Origin: an uncultured bacterium
GTDB lineage: Bacteria > Omnitrophota > Omnitrophia > Omnitrophales > Aquincolibacteriaceae
Direction of reading: 5' to 3'
DNA: 37,732 nucleotides
Assembly: GCA_964585045.1 (NCBI GenBank)
Contig: CAZPCF010000001.1
Location: 1 to 37,732 of the forward strand
In this document: positions 7,872 to 16,116 of the stretch, one piece after another
Layout: every line of letters begins with the position of its first letter
How positions within the stretch are numbered: the stretch's first letter is position 1
Position numbers and translations under genes: made by a program
Notes under the pieces: generated by a model
The model's input: only the letters and a program-made list of their open reading frames with translations
The model's database searches: none
What the model was told of the DNA's origin: nothing

Positions 7872-10871
7872 ATGAAAATCTCGAAGATTTTTGCCTTCAT
7901 TTTTATATTGCTCCTCCCGCACTCTTTCGCCTCTGCGGATTGGGTCTGGTCTCCCGAGCAGGGGAAGTTCATCAACACCGAATCTGAGACTCAAAGCGGT
8001 GCCGATGATATTTTTGATAATGCCCTGGACCTTTATAAGGAGAAAAAGCTCGATAAAGCGTCCGAACAATTCAAAATAGTCCTCAAACAGTATCCCAAAT
8101 CCCGGGTAGCCCCTGAAGCACAATACCGGATCGGGACGATCTTCGAAGAAACCGGCGATTATGTCGAAGCTCACAAGGCCTATCAGGCTCTGATCAGATC
8201 CTATCCCCAAAGCGAGCGATTTGAGGAAGTGATCGAACGTGAGTACCAGATCGGAACCATGTTCCTTTCCGGGAAAAAAGGAAAGCTCCTAGGGCTCGAT
8301 ATCCGCCCGTCTTTGCCACTGGCCATCGAAGTTTTCCAAAAGATCGTGGAGGCCGCGCCTTACGGGGCGTTCGGGGACAAGGCCCAATTCAATCTTGGGG
8401 TTGCCTATCAAAGGTCCGGACATTTTGATGACTCACTGGAAGCCTACCAGAATTTGATCGATCAATACCCGCAAAGCAGCCTGCTCCAGCAGGCTCGCCT
8501 TCAGATGGCCGAGGTTTCTTACGCGAAATCCTCCGGCCAGACACGTGACCAAAGTGCGCTTGATGAAGCGGCCCGACAGGCGCAGGGCTATCTCAAACGA
8601 TATCCGGGCTCCGAAGAAGCCGAAAAGGCCGAAAAGATCAGCCGGGAAGTGGATGAGCTGAACGCTGAGAAGAACTATCGGATCGGTCTTTACTACGAGA
8701 AGGATAATTATCTCACAAGCGCGTTGATCTATTACTCTGATACTGCGAAGCGCTATCCGGATACGAATTGGGGCCAGAAGGCCGCGGAAAAACTTCATTC
8801 ACTTCAAGAGCCTGTGAAGTACCTTAATGCCAAGGCCGGGGAGTTGCAGAAAGAATTGGGGGCCCTGGAGGCAAAATATCAGGCGCTTGGACCGGGTCAG
8901 AAAGCCGAGCGGGAGCAGCTTAAAAAAGAGATCGCCGAGATGAAAAAACGTATTAAGGCGATCGATAAGAACAAGACCGAGAGCTTGGAGCGCCGCAAAC
9001 AGGATCTTAAGCGCCGCGAACGTGAACTGAATGAGAAATTTAAAGAGCTCGAACGTAAGAAGAAACGCTTCAAAAATAATACGTCCCCCGATTTTCAAAA
9101 GGCCATGGACCGCTGGCAAGGGTCCCTTGAGGCCGAGCGTGATGCGCTTGCCGAAGAGAAGGACCGTCTTGCATCCTGGCGCTCCGAGCTGGGTGTTCCG
9201 GATGAAAAGTTCTATGAGAACCTTATACCGGAGAACCTGATCCCGTTCATGGGACAGCCCGAGACTCCGCTTCAAAAGATCCAACAGATGGATGAGAAAG
9301 AACTTTATAAACTTTCGCGGAAGAAAAAAGAACTCCTGGAGAAGAAGGAAAAACTCTATAAGCGTTACAGTGAGCTACAGTCTTTGCTGACGCCTGAGCG
9401 TTCCGAAAGCGGATTGAAACGGAAACGCCTGCGCGGTGTCGCGAAAAAAGATCCCAGCAAGCCTACCGACCCGAAACTTTTGGCGCGTGAAAAGGACATA
9501 GAGACTCTGGAGGCAAAGTTGGACGCAAAAATGGCGCTCTATGAAAAATATTTCGGAAAACCCGCCGAACAGGAACTTGAGGCCATGATCGAAAATCAAG
9601 CGGCTCAAAAACCCGCCTTTAATCCATTTACCGTGGAGACCGGTGACCTTCAAAAGAAGAGTTTCGAAGAATTGCTCGAATTAAAAATGCATCTTAGCGA
9701 GCAGGTCAAGGCCCAGCAGGACATCGTTGAAACTCTTTCCACAGCCTTTGATAAGGAACTGGCTTTGAAGGAACAGCGGGTCATGATGAAGTCCCTTGAG
9801 GACAATAAAGAGGTGGACGCGCGTAAACTCCGCAAGCAGGTCAAGGGCGTGGAAAAGGACCTTCGTAAATGTTATCAAGACATTCAGGATCGTGAAAAGA
9901 ATAAGGCGAAGCTTCTTGCCGAATTGGATGAGACGTTGAACCCGAAGGAGGGGGAGGGGAAGACCTTGAGGACCCTCGCCAAACCGGTCACGGGCACGGC
10001 CTATCTCGCCAAGGCATTCATCTTCGGGCTTCCGAACAAGGATGTTACTTTGACGGATGCTGCGAAGAAACCGGGCTCTGCCGCAAAAGCCAAAAAACTT
10101 CAGGAAGGGATCGAGCTGGAAAGCCTTATGATCCAGGCGAAAGCTGAGGAGATCAACAAACTCGAAAAGGAATTGGAGATCCTGAACGCGAAGGCTTCGC
10201 TCGCCGGAGGTATGAAATTTCGCACTTCATTCGTCAAGGTTCCCTACACTTTCATCGAAGAGGCGGTCCAAAGCGCGCGTCGTGTTGTCCCCAGAAAGAG
10301 CCGGAAGGATGTGCTCCTGAATCGTTTGGACAATCAGACCAAAGAGCTCGACCGGTTCAAAACCGAGTTGGCGGCTACGGAGGCCATGATCAAGGAGAAG
10401 ACCCCCGCAGCTTCTCCGAGCGACGCTGCGGCCGCAGAAACGGATGCGGGAAAAAAAGAAAAAGCTGAGCCCGCTCCGGATGAGAAACAGCTCCGGGAAG
10501 ACGCCATGAGCTTGCGGGAGCAGCTTGAGATCTCCTATAGCATTTATGCCCAGGAACAGGGAGTCGCGCTCGGGGATGCTGGGAAGAAAGAAGCCCCTAG
10601 CGACTCCGAAGGCGCCAAGAGATATAAAGAATATAAAGAAGTTGAGGCGGAGCTCATTGATGTCATCGATGAAGAGCTTGCGATCGAACAGCAGGAGAGA
10701 TCGATCCTGGAAAAACGGATCGTAGAAGCTGACAAAGTGATCCCGATCGTGACTTCCAAGGCGATGCAGCAGGATCTTGAGACCGAAAAGAACCGCATCG
10801 AGCAGCGTCTTTCGGACCTGGCCACGCGGCATGATTTTCTTTCCAAGGAAAAAGAACGTTTTAGCGCCTAA
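7872..10871 (+). CDS. Secreted TPR protein with a BamD/YfiO-like (or CpoB-like) N-terminal region fused to a ~700-aa Lys/Glu-rich coiled-coil tail
   Basis: The signal peptide is MKISKIFAFIFILLLPHSFASA. TPR-like repeats carry recurrent YP.S motifs (LKQYPKSRVAPEAQYRIG, IRSYPQSERFEE, IDQYPQSSLLQQARLQ, LKRYPGSEEAEKA, AKRYPDTNWGQKA). The remainder has heptad-like E/K/L-rich sequence. Confidence 0.75.
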   Translation: MKISKIFAFIFILLLPHSFASADWVWSPEQGKFINTESETQSGADDIFDNALDLYKEKKLDKASEQFKIVLKQYPKSRVAPEAQYRIGTIFEETGDYVEAHKAYQALIRSYPQSERFEEVIEREYQIGTMFLSGKKGKLLGLDIRPSLPLAIEVFQKIVEAAPYGAFGDKAQFNLGVAYQRSGHFDDSLEAYQNLIDQYPQSSLLQQARLQMAEVSYAKSSGQTRDQSALDEAARQAQGYLKRYPGSEEAEKAEKISREVDELNAEKNYRIGLYYEKDNYLTSALIYYSDTAKRYPDTNWGQKAAEKLHSLQEPVKYLNAKAGELQKELGALEAKYQALGPGQKAEREQLKKEIAEMKKRIKAIDKNKTESLERRKQDLKRRERELNEKFKELERKKKRFKNNTSPDFQKAMDRWQGSLEAERDALAEEKDRLASWRSELGVPDEKFYENLIPENLIPFMGQPETPLQKIQQMDEKELYKLSRKKKELLEKKEKLYKRYSELQSLLTPERSESGLKRKRLRGVAKKDPSKPTDPKLLAREKDIETLEAKLDAKMALYEKYFGKPAEQELEAMIENQAAQKPAFNPFTVETGDLQKKSFEELLELKMHLSEQVKAQQDIVETLSTAFDKELALKEQRVMMKSLEDNKEVDARKLRKQVKGVEKDLRKCYQDIQDREKNKAKLLAELDETLNPKEGEGKTLRTLAKPVTGTAYLAKAFIFGLPNKDVTLTDAAKKPGSAAKAKKLQEGIELESLMIQAKAEEINKLEKELEILNAKASLAGGMKFRTSFVKVPYTFIEEAVQSARRVVPRKSRKDVLLNRLDNQTKELDRFKTELAATEAMIKEKTPAASPSDAAAAETDAGKKEKAEPAPDEKQLREDAMSLREQLEISYSIYAQEQGVALGDAGKKEAPSDSEGAKRYKEYKEVEAELIDVIDEELAIEQQERSILEKRIVEADKVIPIVTSKAMQQDLETEKNRIEQRLSDLATRHDFLSKEKERFSA

Positions 10872-10890
10872 TGACCAACGGGGACTTATT

Positions 10891-11415
10891 ATGAATAACA
10901 TGCGACGGATGTGGGTTTGGGGTTTAGTGGTGGCGATGGCGCTTGGCGGCTGCAGTTATACCCGTAAAACCGTGCTTCCGCGCAATATCAAAACGATCTA
11001 TGTTGAGACCGTAAAGAACAAGCTCGATGTTGATGAGATCTACGCGTACCAGCCTGGGCTTGAAATGGATATCACAAATGCGGTGATCCGGCGGCTCCAA
11101 CAAGACGGGACCCTGAAGGTTGCGAAACAGGAAAACGCGGACGCGATCCTCAAAACCGAACTTTTAGCCTTCGAGCAGGAAGGCTTGCGCTTCGATCAGC
11201 TTGAAGAAGTGAAAGAATACCGTCTCTTCATCGTGGTGAAATTAAAGCTGTTGGATGCCAAGACCGGGGATCTGATCTGGGAAGAGCCGAACTTTACAGG
11301 GGACAATGAGTATTATGTGACCAACGTTACTTCGATCGGTGAGCAGAAGGCGGCCGTGGATGCCGTCGACCGCTTAGCATTCAACATTGTGGATCGCATC
11401 GTCGAAGACTGGTGA
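10891..11415 (+). CDS. lptE: LptE-like outer-membrane lipoprotein
   Basis: The lipobox is VAMALGGC at the N-terminus (MNNMRRMWVWGLVVAMALGGCSY). The protein is about 170 aa. It sits immediately upstream of holA, matching the conserved lptE-holA synteny known from E. coli. The start was moved to ATG 10891, because the ORF-track start overlaps the previous gene. Confidence 0.6.
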   Translation: MNNMRRMWVWGLVVAMALGGCSYTRKTVLPRNIKTIYVETVKNKLDVDEIYAYQPGLEMDITNAVIRRLQQDGTLKVAKQENADAILKTELLAFEQEGLRFDQLEEVKEYRLFIVVKLKLLDAKTGDLIWEEPNFTGDNEYYVTNVTSIGEQKAAVDAVDRLAFNIVDRIVEDW

Positions 11416-12379
11416 TTCCTTTTCTTTACCGCCACTTGTGAATACCTACGTGTTCCTCATTTCCGGCGACCCGTTCCTCAGAACCCAAAGAGCCAAGGCC
11501 CTTGTTGCCGAGATCGAAAAAAAAGACGGCGGGCCTCTCGCGCATCAGACTTTCAGTCTGGACGAAACGCCTCTTGAAACCGTCCTGGCTGCTGCAAGAA
11601 CCCTACCGTTCTTCTCATCGGGGCAGGTGATCTATGCTCAGGAGGCTGGGTCATTAACGGAGTCTGATCTCGTAGTGCTGGCCGCTTATCTTGAAAATCC
11701 CACGCGAGGGACGACGCTTTTTCTGGAAGCGGATGATCTCAAAGGCGCCTCGGAGCTTCAAAAACTCATTAAGGCCAAGGGGCAACTGATCCTTTTGGCT
11801 AAAGATGAGGCCCGTGGGGCAGGCGTGGCGTTCATTCAACAAAAGCTCATGCAATATCACAAAACCATGACTTCTGGCGCCAAGGCCCGTGTCCTCGCCA
11901 TGTGCGGGGATGCGATGACGTTCCTGGACACCATCCTTGAACGGCTTGTGCAGTTCGCGGACGACCGCCAAGAGATCGATGAAGATATGGTCAACCGGTT
12001 CGAAGAGAACTGGACGGAGATGGACGTTTTTAAGCTCACGAATGCTTTAGTGGACCGTGATCCGGCGAGGGCCCTTAAGGTTTTTCGCGACTTGATCGAG
12101 CTTTACGAAGCGGATCTTTTTTCTCTGGTCGGGATCCTGCACTGGCAGCTCCGGCAGTTATGGCAGGCGGCCGTGCTTTTAAAATCGGGAGTTCCCGAAC
12201 GGGAGATCGGTTCCAAGCTCCGGATGTCCCCGAGCCGCTTGAGTGCCTTGAGGCGATTTCCCGTCGAGCGGCTAGAATCGGCCGTGGAAACACTCTATCA
12301 GATCGACCGGAAGTCCAAGAGCGGACAAGTCGAAGGCGTTTCGGGATTGGAAGCGTGGCTTTTAGAGTATACTTCGTAA
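11387..12379 (+). CDS. holA: DNA polymerase III delta subunit. The start is TTG 11387 or GTG 11438.
   Basis: The N-terminus YVFLISGDPFL and the later LVGILHWQLRQLWQA fit the delta-subunit pattern. The length of about 315-330 aa fits, and the synteny with lptE supports the call. Confidence 0.75.
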   Translation: MWIASSKTGDSFSLPPLVNTYVFLISGDPFLRTQRAKALVAEIEKKDGGPLAHQTFSLDETPLETVLAAARTLPFFSSGQVIYAQEAGSLTESDLVVLAAYLENPTRGTTLFLEADDLKGASELQKLIKAKGQLILLAKDEARGAGVAFIQQKLMQYHKTMTSGAKARVLAMCGDAMTFLDTILERLVQFADDRQEIDEDMVNRFEENWTEMDVFKLTNALVDRDPARALKVFRDLIELYEADLFSLVGILHWQLRQLWQAAVLLKSGVPEREIGSKLRMSPSRLSALRRFPVERLESAVETLYQIDRKSKSGQVEGVSGLEAWLLEYTS

Positions 12380-12406
12380 CAAAGATCGCATGCTCCTTGT
12401 TACGTG

Positions 12407-12469
12407 CATAACGTACAACGCGCAACGCACAACGAACTTGTTATCAGTTTCTAAGTTGAGCGTTGTGCG
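12407..12469. repeat. Heptad array (CATAACG TACAACG CGCAACG CACAACG) with a complementary arm, forming a hairpin between the convergent holA and rpsT genes. It may act as a bidirectional terminator or be a REP-like element.
   Basis: CGCACAACG at 12426-12434 is perfectly complementary to CGTTGTGCG at 12461-12469. A further AACTT/AAGTT pairing lies inside. There is no canonical U-tract. Confidence 0.5.
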
Positions 12470-12475
12470 GAAGAA

Positions 12476-12739
12476 CTATTTTTTCTTGATCTTGGCAAGG
12501 AAAAGAGCGATGCGGGATTTTCTCCGGTCAGCGCGGCCGTGCGGGATCACACCTTTAGTGACCGCGTGGTCATAACAGGCGACCAGAGTAGAAGCTACCG
12601 ACCGGGCTTTTTCGGGCTCTGAGACGAGCTGAGCCAGTTTTTTGCTGAGGGATTTTAGCTCAGAGAGAACGGCCAGGTTCTTTGCACGTTTTTTGGCATC
12701 ACTTCGAATACGTTTTGCAGCAGAACGGATATTGGGCAT
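12476..12739 (-). CDS. rpsT: 30S ribosomal protein S20
   Basis: The translation MPNIRSAAKRIRSDAKKRAKNLAVLSELKSLSKKL...HGRADRRKSRIALFLAKIKKK has the typical S20 N-terminus and size (87 aa). An AAGGAG SD lies 8 nt upstream of the ATG. The longer ORF-track version (to 12922) is an upstream extension. Confidence 0.9.
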   Translation of the reverse strand: MPNIRSAAKRIRSDAKKRAKNLAVLSELKSLSKKLAQLVSEPEKARSVASTLVACYDHAVTKGVIPHGRADRRKSRIALFLAKIKKK

Positions 12740-12773
12740 TTCGATGACTCCTTTGGGTGAAAAAAGTGGCGAC

Positions 12774-12802
12774 AATGTAACACGGGGTGCTGCTCCTGTC
12801 AA
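12774..12802 (-). promoter_or_regulatory. Putative sigma-70-type promoter of rpsT
   Basis: On the minus strand: TTGACA (12802-12797), a 17-nt spacer, then TACATT (12779-12774). This is followed by an AAGGAG SD (12753-12748) and the ATG at 12739. Confidence 0.5.
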
Positions 12803-12842
12803 CGAGGTTCCCCACGCCCACGCCGCGGGGAAGCGGCACCTG

Positions 12843-14429
12843 ATGAAGGCCGCCGCGGTCGTAGGGATCATGACCCTGGTCGGCCGGGTCCTCGGTCTTT
12901 TCCGGGATATTGTGAGCGCCAAGACTTTCGGGACGAGTTGGCAGTGGGACGCTTTTCTTTACGCGTTCATGCTGCCCAACCTTTTCCGCCGCATCGTCGG
13001 GGAAGGCGGCCTTACAAGTGCTTTCATCCCGGTCTATAACGAGATCTCGGCGAAGATCAGCAAGGAAGAAGCGTTCCGCTTTACCAGCATCACGGTCACA
13101 TTTCTGGCTTGCGTGCTTTTTGTTTTCGTTCTTGCGGTGGAGGGTCTGTTGGCCCTCCTCCTCGGGATCGGTTTTCATTCCCAGACCGTGATGCTGACCC
13201 TCGATCTTTCCAGGATCCTTTTCCCGTATCTCTGGTTCATTTCGCTTTATGCGATCGGCATGGGGGTCCTGAACAGTCACCGTCACTTTTTTGCCCCCTC
13301 GCTCGGTGGTCCGATCCTCGATCTTGTCTGGATCGTTGGGGTACTTTGGGTGCCCGCGTGGGCGGGTGGCGATTATGTCGAGAGGATCCGATGGCTCTCA
13401 TATGCGATCCTCTTTGCCGGCTTTCTGCACGTGGCCGTGGAGGTTCCACCGCTTCTTAAGATCGGTTTCCGCTTTCGGTGGATCTGGGACATGGGGTATG
13501 AGTGGCTGAAAAAGGTCTGGCGCTTGCTTCTGCCGGTCACTTTGAGCTTTGCGGTCGTGCAGATCAATATCACCGTGGATATGACGCTCGGGATGATGAT
13601 CGGACCGGGGGCGAACTCGAGCCTCTGGTACGGGAACCGTCTGATGCAGTTCCCGCTCGGGATCTTCGCGCTCGCGATGGGGACCGCACTCCTTCCCATG
13701 ATGAGCCAGCAGATCGCCCGGGGCGAGAAAGAAGCTTCCCGGAAAACGCTTTCGTTCGCGCTCCGGAGCATCTTCTTTATCATTCTTCCGTCCTCGGTCG
13801 GGCTGATCGTGCTCCGCGAACCCATCATCCGGATGCTTTTTCAGCGCGGGGAATTCGACGCGGTCTCCACGGCGAGGAGCGCGGCTGTGCTTCTGGGCTA
13901 CACCCTGGGTCTTTTCGCGTTCGCGGGACAGAAGATCATGAATAGCGGTTACTATGCGGCCCATGATTCCAAGACGCCCATGAAGACCTCGATCATCTCG
14001 CTTCTCTCGAATATTGTTTTCAGCGTGCTTCTGATGATCCCGTTCAAGGAAGCGGGACTCGCGGTCGCGACCTCCATTTCCGGGATCCTTCAATTCGCTC
14101 AGCTGATCTATTATTATCCTAAAAAAGTCGGGGAGTTTCCCTTTCGTGAGGTCGTTTTTTCGTTTCTGAGAATTCTTCTAGCGTCCGTGGCGATGGGAGT
14201 CGTTTGTTACGGGAGTTGGGAGCTTCTCAAGCTCTGGATCCCCGGTACAGGCATCTGTATGCAGCTTGTGCAGGTGTTCGGCAGCATTCTGATTGCGACG
14301 GTCTCGTATCTTGGGCTTTGCTTTGTGTGCCGTGTGCCGGAGGTGAAGGAGGCCTTCGCCTGGTTCCAGAAAAAGCGTCGGCCGGCATCGGATCCCTCCG
14401 AAACGGAAAAATTGATCGATGGTGCATAA
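12843..14429 (+). CDS. murJ: Lipid II flippase MurJ (MviN family)
   Basis: The N-terminus MKAAAVVGIMTLVGRVLGLFRDIVSAKTFG is the typical MurJ signature. About 14 hydrophobic helices are visible. I placed the start at ATG 12843, because the ORF-track start (12642) would run antisense through rpsT and its promoter. Confidence 0.85.
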   Translation: MKAAAVVGIMTLVGRVLGLFRDIVSAKTFGTSWQWDAFLYAFMLPNLFRRIVGEGGLTSAFIPVYNEISAKISKEEAFRFTSITVTFLACVLFVFVLAVEGLLALLLGIGFHSQTVMLTLDLSRILFPYLWFISLYAIGMGVLNSHRHFFAPSLGGPILDLVWIVGVLWVPAWAGGDYVERIRWLSYAILFAGFLHVAVEVPPLLKIGFRFRWIWDMGYEWLKKVWRLLLPVTLSFAVVQINITVDMTLGMMIGPGANSSLWYGNRLMQFPLGIFALAMGTALLPMMSQQIARGEKEASRKTLSFALRSIFFIILPSSVGLIVLREPIIRMLFQRGEFDAVSTARSAAVLLGYTLGLFAFAGQKIMNSGYYAAHDSKTPMKTSIISLLSNIVFSVLLMIPFKEAGLAVATSISGILQFAQLIYYYPKKVGEFPFREVVFSFLRILLASVAMGVVCYGSWELLKLWIPGTGICMQLVQVFGSILIATVSYLGLCFVCRVPEVKEAFAWFQKKRRPASDPSETEKLIDGA

Positions 14430-14435
14430 AAACTC

Positions 14436-14506
14436 GGGGAATGTGGAACGGTGAACGTGGAACGTAAAGATTTTTTCGCTAAGCGTTCCCCGTTACCCGT
14501 TTCCCG
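14436..14506. repeat. GGAAC-type heptad inverted repeat (hairpin) just after the murJ stop. It may be a terminator or a REP-like element.
   Basis: The left arm is GGGGAATGTGGAACGGTGAACGTGGAACG (14436-14464) and the right arm is CGTTCCCCGTTACCCGTTTCCCGG (14483-14506). They are imperfectly complementary, with a T-rich loop (TAAAGATTTTTTCGCTAAG). Confidence 0.5.
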
Positions 14507-14521
14507 GAGTGCTAGGCGAGC

Positions 14522-15970
14522 GTGAAAATAAAAAATCCTCCTAACAACCTTCGCAGACTGGTCGACAAGCTTCCGCTGACTCCTGGCATCTACATCATGA
14601 AAGATGCCAAGGGCGAGATCCTCTACATCGGCAAGGCCAAATCACTCCGTAAAAGGGTGCGCTCATATTTCAAAGTCCCCGTGCCAGTCCCCAAGACTGC
14701 GGTCCTCATGAGCAAGGTCAGGGCGATCGATCACATCGATACTCCGACTGAGGTCGACGCGCTGCTTCTCGAGGCGCACCTGATCCGTAAACATCAGCCC
14801 CGTTACAATCAAGATCTCAAGGACGATAAAAGTTTCCCTCTCCTTAAGATCACGCGTGAAAAATTTCCAAGGATCTGTATCACGCGCCAGAAAACGGACA
14901 AGCGGGCGATCTATTACGGTCCCTACACCGACGCAAAACTTTTGAACCAGGCCGTGAACCTGATCAATGATTTGTTTCCTATCCGGAAATGCCGGGCGCT
15001 TCCCAAGGCGGCCTGTCTTTACCATCATATCGGACAGTGCATTGCCCCGTGCATCAAGCCGGAGGTGAAACCGGAATACGACCGCTTGATCGATGAAGTG
15101 AGACGTTTCCTCGGGGGTGGCAAAAAAAGCTTTGCCCAGTATCTCAATGACAGGATGGAGAAAGCGAGCCGGGAGCTGCGGTTCGAGGACGCGCAATTTT
15201 TCAAGGAACAGATCGACGCTCTTTCGAAACTCCGCAAAAAACGCTTCCTTCCGAAGAATCCCGGGCAATGCATCTCGCTTTCGGCGACGATCGAACTGAA
15301 GCAGCGGCTGAAGCTCGAGAGGATCCCCGAGCGCATTGTTTGCTTTGACGTCTCGAACGTGCAAGGCGATCAGGCCGTGGCATCGAAAGTGAGCTTTTAC
15401 CGGGAACTTCCGGACAAGTTCGGGTACCGGCGTTACAGGATCCGAGGCGTTTCCGGGATCAATGACTACGCCATGATCGCCGAGGCCTTGACGCGCATGC
15501 TTTGGGGTATCCGGGAGGGCCGGGAAGATTTTCTCCCGGACCTCATTATGATCGACGGTGGGAAGGGGCATCTCAACACGGCTGCCAAGGTGCTCGCGCG
15601 GGAGGGGATGTCAATGATCGAGCTTATTTCCATCGCCAAACGGTTTGAATGGCTCCACTCAGCAAAGTTCCGGGCGCCGCTTGTCATGGCCTCGGATTCT
15701 CCGGCCCTCTACCTTCTGAAAAAGATCCGGGACGAAGCGCACCGGTTCGCCATCACATATCACCGTAAGCTCAAATCGAAGGCCCTTGAACGTTCTGCCT
15801 TGGATGATATTCCGGGTATTGGCGAGAAGCGAAAACGAATCCTTCTAGGTCACTTCGGTTCCATAGACGAGATTCGTCAGGCTGGAATCGAAGAGCTCCG
15901 AGCCATCCCAGGACTCGATTTCGATGTCGCGAACCGTATTTATTCCTTTTTCTGGTCCTCAAAAAAATAA
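14522..15970 (+). CDS. uvrC: Excinuclease ABC subunit C (compact, 482 aa; GTG start)
   Basis: The GIY-YIG N-terminus is PGIYIMKDAKGEILYIGKAKSLRKRVRSYF. The UVR motif is ASRELRFEDAQFFKEQIDAL. The endonuclease region includes IVCFDVSNVQGD and LIMIDGGKGHLN. The C-terminal HhH pair is IPGIGEKRKRILL...LRAIPGLDFDVANRI. Confidence 0.85.
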   Translation: MKIKNPPNNLRRLVDKLPLTPGIYIMKDAKGEILYIGKAKSLRKRVRSYFKVPVPVPKTAVLMSKVRAIDHIDTPTEVDALLLEAHLIRKHQPRYNQDLKDDKSFPLLKITREKFPRICITRQKTDKRAIYYGPYTDAKLLNQAVNLINDLFPIRKCRALPKAACLYHHIGQCIAPCIKPEVKPEYDRLIDEVRRFLGGGKKSFAQYLNDRMEKASRELRFEDAQFFKEQIDALSKLRKKRFLPKNPGQCISLSATIELKQRLKLERIPERIVCFDVSNVQGDQAVASKVSFYRELPDKFGYRRYRIRGVSGINDYAMIAEALTRMLWGIREGREDFLPDLIMIDGGKGHLNTAAKVLAREGMSMIELISIAKRFEWLHSAKFRAPLVMASDSPALYLLKKIRDEAHRFAITYHRKLKSKALERSALDDIPGIGEKRKRILLGHFGSIDEIRQAGIEELRAIPGLDFDVANRIYSFFWSSKK

Positions 15971-16116
15971 TCCTGCCTGCCGCTATATCCTGTTATAAGT
16001 TGCTAGTTGCTTTTTAGTTCAATTTATAGCAACAGAGATTTCCATAAAGTCTTTACTGCCTCCTTTAAAAATCCTTCCGTCAGTTCATTATTGTAAACAA
16101 ATAATGAGGCTACACC

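Noticed and set aside
12642-12842. An N-terminal extension of the murJ ORF (ORF-track start at 12642).
   Set aside because: It would run antisense through the rpsT coding start and its promoter and SD. The MurJ signature begins at MKAAAVVGIMTLVGRVLGLFRD (ATG 12843).
14663-15571. A 302-aa minus-strand ORF antisense to uvrC. Similar antisense ORFs lie over murJ (12699-13286, 13398-14093) and over the coiled-coil gene (8799-9284, 10227-10901).
   Set aside because: The plus-strand frames have unmistakable UvrC, MurJ and TPR signatures. The antisense translations are low-complexity and R/P/G-rich, so these are shadow ORFs.
14522-15970. The short UvrC (482 aa versus about 600 aa typical) as a truncated gene or pseudogene.
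   Set aside because: The GIY-YIG domain, Cys cluster, UVR motif, endonuclease region and C-terminal HhH pair are all present in one intact frame. It looks like a compact but complete orthologue.
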